In this document: one piece after another, positions 1 through 6,960 of the stretch
Layout: the number at the start of each line of letters is the position of its first letter
How positions within the stretch are numbered: position 1 is the stretch's first letter
DNA from: Opitutales bacterium
GTDB lineage: Bacteria > Verrucomicrobiota > Verrucomicrobiia > Opitutales > UBA9783
Length of the DNA: 32,000 nt
Reading direction: 5' to 3'
Assembly: GCA_024407725.1 (NCBI GenBank)
Contig: JAKSVZ010000004.1
Location: 26,563 to 58,562, forward strand
Made by a program: the position numbers and the translations under genes
Notes under the pieces: generated by a model
The model's input: the letters and a program-made list of their open reading frames with translations, nothing else
Databases searched by the model: none
Told to the model about the DNA's origin: nothing

Positions 1-81
1 ACAACAACCATAATAATTGCCTGCAAATACGCTGCTGGTTGCGAGCGTAGAGGCTAAAGTTAATAAATGATAAGTTTTCAT
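1..81 (-). CDS. Small exported protein, N-terminal fragment (gene runs off the window start); paralog of 155..400
   Basis: Minus-strand ATG at 81..79 reads MKTYHLLTLASTLATSSVFAGNYYGCC and is still open at position 1. 13 of its first 20 residues match the signal peptide of the adjacent 155..400 product. Absent from the ORF track because the window edge truncates it. Confidence 0.45.
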   Translation of the reverse strand, partial: MKTYHLLTLASTLATSSVFAGNYYGCC

Positions 82-154
82 AAAGCTAAATGTTAGACGT
101 ATTTTTTCTAAAAATTCAAGTATTTTTTAACAACAAGCAATGGATGAAAATAGC

Positions 155-400
155 TTATTTTTTATTTTTCCACTGGTCTTCGTATTTCTGCAACAGACCA
201 TGTCCATTAACACGATGTCCTTTTCTAGCGGGTTTAACATTCTCTTCTTGTTCAGAATCCGCTTTTTCTACTTTTGCCTCTTGTTTGGCTACGCATTTTG
301 TTCCTTCGGGGCAATTAGCTTTACATTCCTGTACTTTATCTGCAAACACGCTGCTAGACAAAAGGGTTGATATCAATGTTAATACGTGAATCTTCTTCAT
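155..400 (-). CDS. Small secreted protein, Lys/Glu-rich, unknown family
   Basis: 81-aa ORF. The N-terminus MKKIHVLTLISTLLSSSVFA|DK looks like a Sec signal peptide (basic n-region, hydrophobic core, small residues at the cleavage site). The mature part is charged and has 3 Cys. The overlapping plus-strand ORFs (90..389, 140..370) are low-complexity shadows. Confidence 0.55.
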   Translation of the reverse strand: MKKIHVLTLISTLLSSSVFADKVQECKANCPEGTKCVAKQEAKVEKADSEQEENVKPARKGHRVNGHGLLQKYEDQWKNKK

Positions 401-424
401 ATTTTAATAATAATTCCTTGTAAT

Positions 425-467
425 AAAAAAAGCAATTTATCCTCCTGTTTCAAAAAAAGCAATTCAT
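425..467. promoter_or_regulatory. Direct repeat AAAAAAAGCAATT(T/C)AT x2 in the divergent intergenic region between the small secreted-protein gene and der
   Basis: 425..440 and 452..467 are identical at 15 of 16 positions and offset by 27 nt. They lie in the 111-nt gap between two divergently transcribed genes. Confidence 0.3.
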
Positions 468-511
468 TTTTACCACTTGCTCCTCATCGGCTTTTCCCCT
501 ACAAGGGATGT

Positions 512-1891
512 ATGACTTTACCTTCTGTGTTATTATTGGGACGTACCAATGTTGGGAAAAGTACATTATTTAATCGCATCAGTCGTTCACGAACCGCTGT
601 TGTTTATAATCAACCGGGAGTAACGCGCGATTTACTAACCGCAACCATTGATGGATGCTTTACCCTAGTAGACAGCGGAGGATTGTTCAACCCATCGGAT
701 GGCTTTACTCCAGCCATTGAAGCACAGGTTCAGCGCGCATTAACCAGCGCTGCCGTTATCGTTTGGGTTTTGGATGGACGGCATGGATTAGACTCAGACG
801 AACTTACTTTGGCTCATATGTTACGTAAACTCCAGAAGCCGGTTATTTTGGCAGTCAATAAATTGGATACAGAATCAGATGAAGCCAATAAGGGGGAATT
901 TTATCGCTTGGGCTTTGAACCAGTTATCGCCATTTCAGCAGAGCATAACCGCGGCATCGATGAACTCAAGCAAGCCATTCTGCAGGTATTGCCCGAAGGA
1001 ACAACCGATCCCCTGCCCACTGTACCGACCGCTCCGATTCGTTTTGCTTTGGTGGGACGACCCAATGTTGGCAAATCATCCTTAACCAATGCCTTGTTGA
1101 AGGAAGAGCGGGTATTGGTAAGCAACCTAGCAGGTACCACACGGGACGCCATCGAATGCCCTTTTCAATGGAGTTTTAAAAGCGGTGAAATGGCCCCATT
1201 TGTACTGGTAGACACAGCCGGTATTCGTAAAAAACAAACTGATTCGCTGGAATTTTACGCCTCCCTTCGCACGCAAAACGCATTAAAATCGGTTGATATA
1301 GCGGTAATTCTGTTGGACGCGGTTACAGGGCCAACCTTGCTCGACAAAGCACTCATCAACGAAGTTGCCTCCTTGGGTAAAGGCTGCATTATTGGGGTTA
1401 ACAAATGGGATATTGCTCAACAGCACATCAAGGAAGACGGTAGCCAATCGATCGAAGCGTTTCAGCAGGAATTTACAGAAGCGCTCAAACGAGCCTGTCC
1501 GTTTATGGACGCCCCCATTTGCTTTTTTTCCGCCCAAACACGCGAAGGGTTAGAACCCTTGCTGTTGCAGCTAAAAGCCTTATATGAACGGCTCCACACA
1601 CCGATTACCACCGGTGCTTTAAACCGTTGCTTGCAAAAATCCCAGCAAATACAACCGCCTCCCTTGGTACAAGGTAAACGCTTTAAGCTTTATTACGCCG
1701 TACAAAAACAACAACTACCGTTAACGTTTAAAGTTTTTTGCAACCGATGCGCTTGGATGCCGCCCACCTACGAACGCTTTTTGGAAAACACGCTGCGCGA
1801 ACAATTTTTATTAAGCGGTTGTCCGATTGCTTGGGAGTGGGTAGAAAAGCAACCTCATGAGCAGCGCAATACGGAGCGTCGGTATGACTGA
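512..1891 (+). CDS. der: Ribosome-associated GTPase Der (EngA), double GTPase domain
   Basis: Two tandem G domains with P-loops GRTNVGKS and GRPNVGKS, DSGG/DTAG switch motifs and NKLD/NKWD specificity motifs, followed by a KH-like C-terminus. The ORF track starts at 386, but the first 42 codons are AT-rich and low-complexity. ATG 512 (MTLPSVLLLGRTNVGKS) follows AAGGGA and gives the normal Der N-terminus. Confidence 0.9.
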   Translation: MTLPSVLLLGRTNVGKSTLFNRISRSRTAVVYNQPGVTRDLLTATIDGCFTLVDSGGLFNPSDGFTPAIEAQVQRALTSAAVIVWVLDGRHGLDSDELTLAHMLRKLQKPVILAVNKLDTESDEANKGEFYRLGFEPVIAISAEHNRGIDELKQAILQVLPEGTTDPLPTVPTAPIRFALVGRPNVGKSSLTNALLKEERVLVSNLAGTTRDAIECPFQWSFKSGEMAPFVLVDTAGIRKKQTDSLEFYASLRTQNALKSVDIAVILLDAVTGPTLLDKALINEVASLGKGCIIGVNKWDIAQQHIKEDGSQSIEAFQQEFTEALKRACPFMDAPICFFSAQTREGLEPLLLQLKALYERLHTPITTGALNRCLQKSQQIQPPPLVQGKRFKLYYAVQKQQLPLTFKVFCNRCAWMPPTYERFLENTLREQFLLSGCPIAWEWVEKQPHEQRNTERRYD

Positions 1892-2753
1892 TTCTGCTTA
1901 CCTAGAAGCGTTTCAGAATTATTTAAAGCAGCGCGCTTATTCCGCGTATACTCAACGGGATTATGTTCGATCGATTACCGCTTGGATGGCGTTTACACAA
2001 GAACACGCTAACGATGCGCTGGACACAAAGCTTTTAGGGCTATTTTTACAACAACGGAAGGTTAATAAACGTACCCTCAATCATGATTTGTCGGCTCTGC
2101 GCACTTTTTTCCATTTTATCGAACAGCATTACCATCATAAAATGCCGCAAAATTTGAAGGAAATGAGCCCAAAATTTGAGCCCAAATTGCCTCAGTTTTT
2201 TACCCTTGAACAAATGAACACTCTATTAGCTACGCCGGATCAATTGTTCGAGGCGGGTAAACTAACTGAGTTTTTTTGGCGGCGGGATAAAGCTCTGCTG
2301 GAATTACTCTATGGCAGCGGCGTTCGCGTCGGGGAATTGGTCGCCTTACGCAGGGAACACGTTTTATGGGATCAACGCCTCCTGCGGGTCTTGGGGAAAG
2401 GGCGCAAAGAACGCATCATACCGTTTGGAAAACCCGCCCTAGAAGCACTCCAAGCATTACATGCACACATACACACCGAGGTGCTCATCCCCAATCAATC
2501 TGGATGGGCTTTAACCACCCGTAGCGTCGAGTTGCTGATCAAAAAATACCTATTGGCAGCCCATTTGCCGCTTACCATGACCCCACATAGCTGCCGCCAC
2601 AGTTACGCAACCCATTTATTACAAAACGGAGCCGATTTGCGCGTTGTACAGGCACTTTTGGGGCATGCTAGTTTAGCCACAACCCAAATTTATACGCACG
2701 TCAATATTCAGTTCTTGCAAAAGGTTTATCACAAATCCCATCCGCAAAGTTAA
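1884..2753 (+). CDS. Tyrosine site-specific recombinase, XerC/XerD family
   Basis: SAM-like N-terminal domain. Catalytic motifs are GVRVGELVALR (Arg I), HSCRHSYATHLL (His/Arg II) and LGHASLATTQIYTHV (Tyr nucleophile). ATG 1884 overlaps the der stop (ATGACTGA), suggesting translational coupling. The track start 1857 is an upstream extension. Confidence 0.85.
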   Translation: MTDSAYLEAFQNYLKQRAYSAYTQRDYVRSITAWMAFTQEHANDALDTKLLGLFLQQRKVNKRTLNHDLSALRTFFHFIEQHYHHKMPQNLKEMSPKFEPKLPQFFTLEQMNTLLATPDQLFEAGKLTEFFWRRDKALLELLYGSGVRVGELVALRREHVLWDQRLLRVLGKGRKERIIPFGKPALEALQALHAHIHTEVLIPNQSGWALTTRSVELLIKKYLLAAHLPLTMTPHSCRHSYATHLLQNGADLRVVQALLGHASLATTQIYTHVNIQFLQKVYHKSHPQS

Positions 2754-2831
2754 CCCTATGTTCCTTTCAGACTTGATTTTTGTACCAACAAAATTTAAAA
2801 GTTAAACACCCTATCTAAAAGATAGCATTCA

Positions 2832-2924
2832 GGAGAGATGGCTGAGAGGCTGAAAGCACCCGCCTGCTAAGTGGGTAAGTTCCGATAAGGGGCTTCACGG
2901 GTTCGAATCCCGTTCTCTCCGCCA
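2832..2924 (+). tRNA. tRNA-Ser (anticodon GCU), CCA encoded
   Basis: Acceptor stem GGAGAGA/TCTCTCC. Anticodon arm CCCGC-CTGCTAA-GTGGG. Long variable arm typical of class II tRNA. T arm ACGGG-TTCGAAT-CCCGT. Discriminator G followed by CCA. Confidence 0.9.
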
Positions 2925-2944
2925 TAGGAGCGGCGTAGCTTCTA

Positions 2945-2962
2945 CCCCCCCCCAAAAAAAAA
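2945..2962. repeat. Homopolymer pair C9 A9
   Basis: ccccccccc (2945..2953) is followed immediately by aaaaaaaaa (2954..2962), 21 nt after the tRNA-Ser 3' end and about 90 nt upstream of the OMP start codon. Confidence 0.9.
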
Positions 2963-2991
2963 CGCTTGCAATTTCAGGAAAATGCCCAAAA

Positions 2992-3048
2992 TCTTATAAG
3001 GAAACGCCTTATAAGGAAACGCCTTATAAGGAAACGCCTTATAAGGAA
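2992..3048. repeat. 15-bp tandem repeat CTTATAAGGAAACGC (about 3.8 copies) carrying four copies of the 10-bp palindrome CCTTATAAGG
   Basis: Units at 2993..3007, 3008..3022 and 3023..3037, plus a partial unit from 3038 that runs into the ATG at 3049. Palindromes at 2992..3001 (tCTTATAAGG, imperfect), 3007..3016, 3022..3031 and 3037..3046. Confidence 0.95.
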
Positions 3049-4035
3049 ATGACTAAAAGAGTAAGCCTATTATTAGCTCTAAGCATTGCTTTAGGAATCC
3101 ACACCCCCTGTTATGGTTTGTACGTCATGGTACGGTCGGGATTCGGAGAGTTAAAGCCAGATGGTGATGTAGGAGGTTTTAATAAACAGCAGGGTACAAA
3201 TCCTATATGGCGAACGAGAGGTGCTTTTGATGATGATCAGCTTAGGTTTAATAATGCTCGTTCCTTCTCTCGGGATGCCAATTGTACCAAGGGGAAATTT
3301 GAGTATAAAGATCACAAAAACTTATCGGTTGCTTTAGGCGGTCGGTTCGATGTATTCGACACAGGAGCTCTAGGGTTGGAACTAGAAATCCTAGGATCTT
3401 ATACTAATTTCAAACATAAAACACGCGATCAGATTACCCTTAATTTAGCAGAAGGTGACAGTCGTGGAGGAGAGCCAGGAGGTGTTGTTATTCCTCTCAT
3501 TCATAATCGCCACGATATGCCTGCTATGGAACGTCCGGATTTCCTAATGGTAGAATATACAAAGTGGGGCGATGAAAGGATAGCCTATATTAGGCCGCTA
3601 TACCTTGCCAATCAACGGATTGTGGGTGCACAGGCCAATATCTATTGGGAACAGTATATTTTGGATTGGTTATCCGCTGGTATTGGAGGCGGTATCGGTG
3701 GTGCTTACGTCTGCACCAAAATGACGACTCGTGAACAATGGCGCATATTGGATATTCAGAATTTTAACGTAGGAGGAAATGCCAATCACTACATATGGAT
3801 GAATTATGGCCACCAATATGCTACCAATCGTCGTAAGTACGTCCATTCCGGCTCATTACTCTATAATTTTACGCTGTTTGTACGCGCAGAAAAATTTGAA
3901 ACGCTATTTGAGGTTGGTTATCGCCATATCGGCTTGCATCAGATGTTTGGGGCTAAATGCTACGGGTATGAAATCCCGAAGTTGGCTAATCTCCATTCCG
4001 ACCAAGTATACATTGGCGTAGGAAGAACGTTCTAA
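3049..4035 (+). CDS. Outer-membrane beta-barrel protein, unknown family
   Basis: Signal peptide MTKRVSLLLALSIALGIHTPCYG. Alternating and aromatic-rich strands, with a Gly-rich segment AGIGGGIGGAYV. The C-terminal ...YIGVGRTF ends in Phe, as expected for BAM-dependent barrels. Confidence 0.6.
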   Translation: MTKRVSLLLALSIALGIHTPCYGLYVMVRSGFGELKPDGDVGGFNKQQGTNPIWRTRGAFDDDQLRFNNARSFSRDANCTKGKFEYKDHKNLSVALGGRFDVFDTGALGLELEILGSYTNFKHKTRDQITLNLAEGDSRGGEPGGVVIPLIHNRHDMPAMERPDFLMVEYTKWGDERIAYIRPLYLANQRIVGAQANIYWEQYILDWLSAGIGGGIGGAYVCTKMTTREQWRILDIQNFNVGGNANHYIWMNYGHQYATNRRKYVHSGSLLYNFTLFVRAEKFETLFEVGYRHIGLHQMFGAKCYGYEIPKLANLHSDQVYIGVGRTF

Positions 4036-4118
4036 AGGCGGCGTTCGCAGGTTTTCAAGCTACGCTATCAAAATAGGAATCGACATCCTTTTTAGGGATT
4101 GCAACACTTTCGAGGATA

Positions 4119-4739
4119 ATGCAACGCTTATCTGAACAAATTCTCGATCTGTGTAACGATAAAGGGGAACTCGTAACCACATTATCTGCCTTAAACAATC
4201 AGTTAAAAGACCAAAGTTTAGGGGTTTTTATCATCTTATTATCATTTCCCAGTGCATTACCCGTTCCAGCAGCTGGGTACAGCACTCCGTTCGGCATCAT
4301 CCTTTTATGGATTGGATGGCTTTTCCTGCGTGGACACCAACAGATTCAATTGCCCAACAAATGGCTCAACAAGCCCTTTAAAATCAATGCAAAAATCGTA
4401 CGCGGCGGTATAAAAATGATCACTTTTTTAGAAAAATTTATCCATCCCAACCGCGCCCCTAAACTCTACCGGCTGATCAATCGCCGCTTGGTGGGTATCA
4501 ACTTGATGCTGTTGGCGTTAATTATGGCTCTCCCAATTCCTTTAACCAATACCTTTCCAGCCGCTATTATTTTACTGTTTGGCCTCGGGTTGTTGGAAGC
4601 CGATGGAATCATACTCGGAATAGCGCAATGTCTGTCCATTTTTGCTATAGGATTATACGTAGCTGCGGTATTAATCGCAGGAGTATTCGGATTGACTACG
4701 TTGAAACAGATACTGCGTGCATTGCATCTAATGGGATAA
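4119..4739 (+). CDS. ExoD-family (exopolysaccharide synthesis) inner-membrane protein
   Basis: 206 aa. The pattern LGVFIILLSFPSALPVPAAGYSTPFGIILLWIGWLFLRG...LPNKW and later TM segments match my recollection of the ExoD family layout. Start preceded by GAGGA. Confidence 0.5.
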   Translation: MQRLSEQILDLCNDKGELVTTLSALNNQLKDQSLGVFIILLSFPSALPVPAAGYSTPFGIILLWIGWLFLRGHQQIQLPNKWLNKPFKINAKIVRGGIKMITFLEKFIHPNRAPKLYRLINRRLVGINLMLLALIMALPIPLTNTFPAAIILLFGLGLLEADGIILGIAQCLSIFAIGLYVAAVLIAGVFGLTTLKQILRALHLMG

Positions 4740-4746
4740 AACACTC

Positions 4747-5469
4747 ATGCTATTCACTCGATGGTTTTTGGATTTATTATTTCCGCGCGCATGCTTTCAA
4801 TGCCAACAGCCGTTAGACTTGTCCCATTCGGGATTTGTGTGCGAAGCCTGCTTTAATCAAATCGTATTCAACCACGGCAGTTGCTGCTCTTGCTGCGGAA
4901 GGATGCTGGATAGCGATGCTAAGGACACTCCTTCCGACCTAATTTGTTCCAATTGCCTAGAATTAAATCCCTACTTTAACCACGGCATCTCCTTGTTTGC
5001 ATTCACCAACACCGGAAGAGCCTTTATTCATGCCTTAAAATACCGCAATGGTGCTTATTTGCGTTCCGATTTGGTACGCATCATTCAACACGAACAGGAG
5101 CGCTTACAAAGCTTGCAAGGATGTACCTTCGTACCGGTTCCTTTGCACTTTTTTAGAAAATGGAAACGGGGCTACAATCAATGCGAATGGATTACTAAAG
5201 CACTGCTTACCTGTATTGACGGAGAATGGGCTCCGATTTTGCGCCGTACGTTCAATACTCCTTCGCAAACAAGCTTGACGCGCGAAGAAAGAAAGCAGAA
5301 TGTAAAAGGTGCATTCATGCTTAAACCCCATCACCCGTTAGATTGCACCCAAACCTATGTGTTGGTAGACGATGTTTTTACGACAGGAGCTACGCTTAAT
5401 GAATGCGCCAAGGTGCTTCATCAACACGGTGCCAAAAATATTCGCGTATTTACCTTAGCTCACGGATAA
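4747..5469 (+). CDS. comF: ComF-family protein (phosphoribosyltransferase-like, competence-associated)
   Basis: N-terminal Cys-rich zinc-finger region (CFQC...CEAC...CSCC...CSNC). C-terminal PRTase motif [16 protein letters not shown]. Confidence 0.8.
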   Translation: MLFTRWFLDLLFPRACFQCQQPLDLSHSGFVCEACFNQIVFNHGSCCSCCGRMLDSDAKDTPSDLICSNCLELNPYFNHGISLFAFTNTGRAFIHALKYRNGAYLRSDLVRIIQHEQERLQSLQGCTFVPVPLHFFRKWKRGYNQCEWITKALLTCIDGEWAPILRRTFNTPSQTSLTREERKQNVKGAFMLKPHHPLDCTQTYVLVDDVFTTGATLNECAKVLHQHGAKNIRVFTLAHG

Positions 5470-5479
5470 TTTTAAAACT

Positions 5480-6355
5480 ATGAATTTGTTTTCAAAACCC
5501 ACCTATTCTTCTGACACGATTCATAAAAACGATATACCCGAAGGAACTTGGACAAAATGCCCCATTTCCGGCGAAATCGTTTACAGCAAAACGTTGGAAG
5601 AAAATTGGATGGTCGTTCCCAAAAGCGGCTATCATTTCCCCTTAAACGCTCATCAACGGATTCAATTGATGATCGACGAAGGCACCTTTGAAGAAAAAGA
5701 CGCATCCTTAACGTCCGTAGATCCGTTAACGTTTAAAGCTTTGGATACGTACGTCAATAAATTGCAACAAAATCAGACAAAAACCCAACTCACGGACGCA
5801 GTTATAAGCGGTATTGGCAAAATTCAAGGGCAACCTGTTTCGTTTGCGGTTATGGATTTTCGGTTCTTGGGGGCCAGCATGGGATCGGTAGTGGGCGAAA
5901 AAATTACCCGCTGTATCGAACGCGGTATGGAATTGAACTATCCAGTGGTGATTGTGTCTGCATCCGGTGGCGCCCGTATGTATGAAGGGATTTTAAGCCT
6001 GATGCAGATGGCAAAAACCAGCGCAGCTTTGGCCTATTTACGTCAACAAGGATTGCCCTTCATTTCCATTCTTACCAACCCAACGATGGCAGGGGTTATG
6101 GCCAGCTTTGCATCCTTAGGAGACCTCATCATCGCGGAACCCGGAGCCCTCATCGGCTTTGCAGGCCAGCGGGTGATTAAAGCTACCGTCAAACAAGATC
6201 TACCTAAGGATTTCCAAAGCGCCGAATTTTTACTGCACCATGGGCTGATTGACCAAATTGTACCGCGTTTGGAATTAAAACAACGCGTCGGTACTTTTTT
6301 GAAACTCATGATGTACAAGCGCAACAACACGGTCAATAAAGCAGCCTCTAATTAA
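5480..6355 (+). CDS. accD: Acetyl-CoA carboxylase carboxyltransferase beta subunit
   Basis: IPEGTWTKC... N-terminus, followed by the crotonase-like CT domain ([56 protein letters not shown]). The usual Cys4 zinc ribbon is degenerate (see findings). Confidence 0.9.
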   Translation: MNLFSKPTYSSDTIHKNDIPEGTWTKCPISGEIVYSKTLEENWMVVPKSGYHFPLNAHQRIQLMIDEGTFEEKDASLTSVDPLTFKALDTYVNKLQQNQTKTQLTDAVISGIGKIQGQPVSFAVMDFRFLGASMGSVVGEKITRCIERGMELNYPVVIVSASGGARMYEGILSLMQMAKTSAALAYLRQQGLPFISILTNPTMAGVMASFASLGDLIIAEPGALIGFAGQRVIKATVKQDLPKDFQSAEFLLHHGLIDQIVPRLELKQRVGTFLKLMMYKRNNTVNKAASN

Positions 6356-6417
6356 CGGTTTTTATCGATAAAGCTTGACGCTTAGGGATTCTATTTAAAA
6401 ATAATTTTTCAAGTAAA

Positions 6418-6491
6418 GCAGATGTAGTTTAATGGCAAAACCCCAGCCTTCCAAGCTGGTGTTGTCGGTTCGATTCCGTCTATCTGCACCA
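6418..6491 (+). tRNA. tRNA-Gly (anticodon UCC), CCA encoded
   Basis: Acceptor GCAGATG/TATCTGC (one G-U pair). D arm GTTT/AAAC. Anticodon arm CCAGC-CTTCCAA-GCTGG. T loop TTCGATT. There is one T-T mismatch at T-stem pair 50:64. Confidence 0.8.
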
Positions 6492-6518
6492 TCTTGTTAA
6501 TAGAATCATCAAAATAAA

Positions 6519-6546
6519 TTGACATCCCATTAAGGTTTTTTATCTT
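6519..6546 (+). promoter_or_regulatory. Candidate sigma70-type promoter for rpmJ-rpmE2
   Basis: TTGACA (6519..6524), then a 16-nt spacer, then TATCTT (6541..6546). The rpmJ ATG is 11 nt after the -10 element. Confidence 0.4.
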
Positions 6547-6557
6547 AACTGTAAACT

Positions 6558-6683
6558 ATGAAAGTGGTTTCATCCCTCAAATCTTTATCTAAAAGACACC
6601 AAAACTGCAAAATAGTGCGCAGAAAAGGTCGTCTTTACGTGATCAACAAAACCCATCCTAAATTTAAGGCCAGACAAGGATAA
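6558..6683 (+). CDS. rpmJ: 50S ribosomal protein L36, zinc-free (C-minus, YkgO-like) form
   Basis: My translation gives [41 protein letters not shown], 41 aa with a TAA stop at 6681..6683. It is too short for the ORF track. Only one Cys remains of the Cys3His zinc site. Confidence 0.85.
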   Translation: MKVVSSLKSLSKRHQNCKIVRRKGRLYVINKTHPKFKARQG

Positions 6684-6688
6684 GTTTT

Positions 6689-6946
6689 ATGTCTAAAAAA
6701 GATATTCATCCTGATTACCATCCCGTTTGTTTTGTGGATGTTTCCACAGGGAAAAAGTTTCTTACGTACTCTACCTTAACTTCCAAAAAGACAGAAGTGA
6801 TTGATGGTGTAGAATACATGGTCTTAGTACGTGATATCACGTCGGATTCTCATGCGGTTTACACAGGCCAAAAACGTGTGGTCAGTACCGCTAGCCGTAT
6901 CGAAAAATTCCAACGCAAATTCCAGCGCAGACCCGCTAGGGCATAA
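6689..6946 (+). CDS. rpmE2: 50S ribosomal protein L31 type B (zinc-free form)
   Basis: [17 protein letters not shown]...[14 protein letters not shown]...IEKFQRKF. It has the length and motifs of type B L31 and lacks the CxxC pairs of type A. It starts 5 nt after rpmJ. Confidence 0.85.
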   Translation: MSKKDIHPDYHPVCFVDVSTGKKFLTYSTLTSKKTEVIDGVEYMVLVRDITSDSHAVYTGQKRVVSTASRIEKFQRKFQRRPARA

Positions 6947-6960
6947 AGGAATCAAGAGGT

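Noticed and set aside
386-511. Longest-ORF N-terminal extensions: der from 386, xer from 1857, hypothetical from 16751, P2 from 27014
   Set aside because: The extensions are low-complexity sequence or lie inside the upstream gene. Internal ATGs restore the canonical N-termini (P-loop position in Der, coupling overlaps for xer and P2).
1884-2924. Tyrosine recombinase next to tRNA-Ser, read as the integrase and att site of a genomic island that includes the downstream OMP
   Set aside because: The protein has the size and motifs of housekeeping XerC/XerD. Its start overlaps the der stop, which suggests translational coupling. I find no repeat of the tRNA 3' end downstream, and no other mobile-element genes follow.
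2992-3048. Short tandem repeats as a possible CRISPR array
   Set aside because: The units are 15 bp and directly abutting with no spacers, and there are fewer than 4 copies. No cas genes are present in the window.
4036-4118. Rho-independent terminator after the OMP gene, and similar searches after accD, rpmE2, dnaJ and the 6961..8424 gene
   Set aside because: Only 3-4 bp stems are present (for example AGGA...TCCT before a T run), too weak to call. I could not identify any convincing intrinsic terminator in the window.
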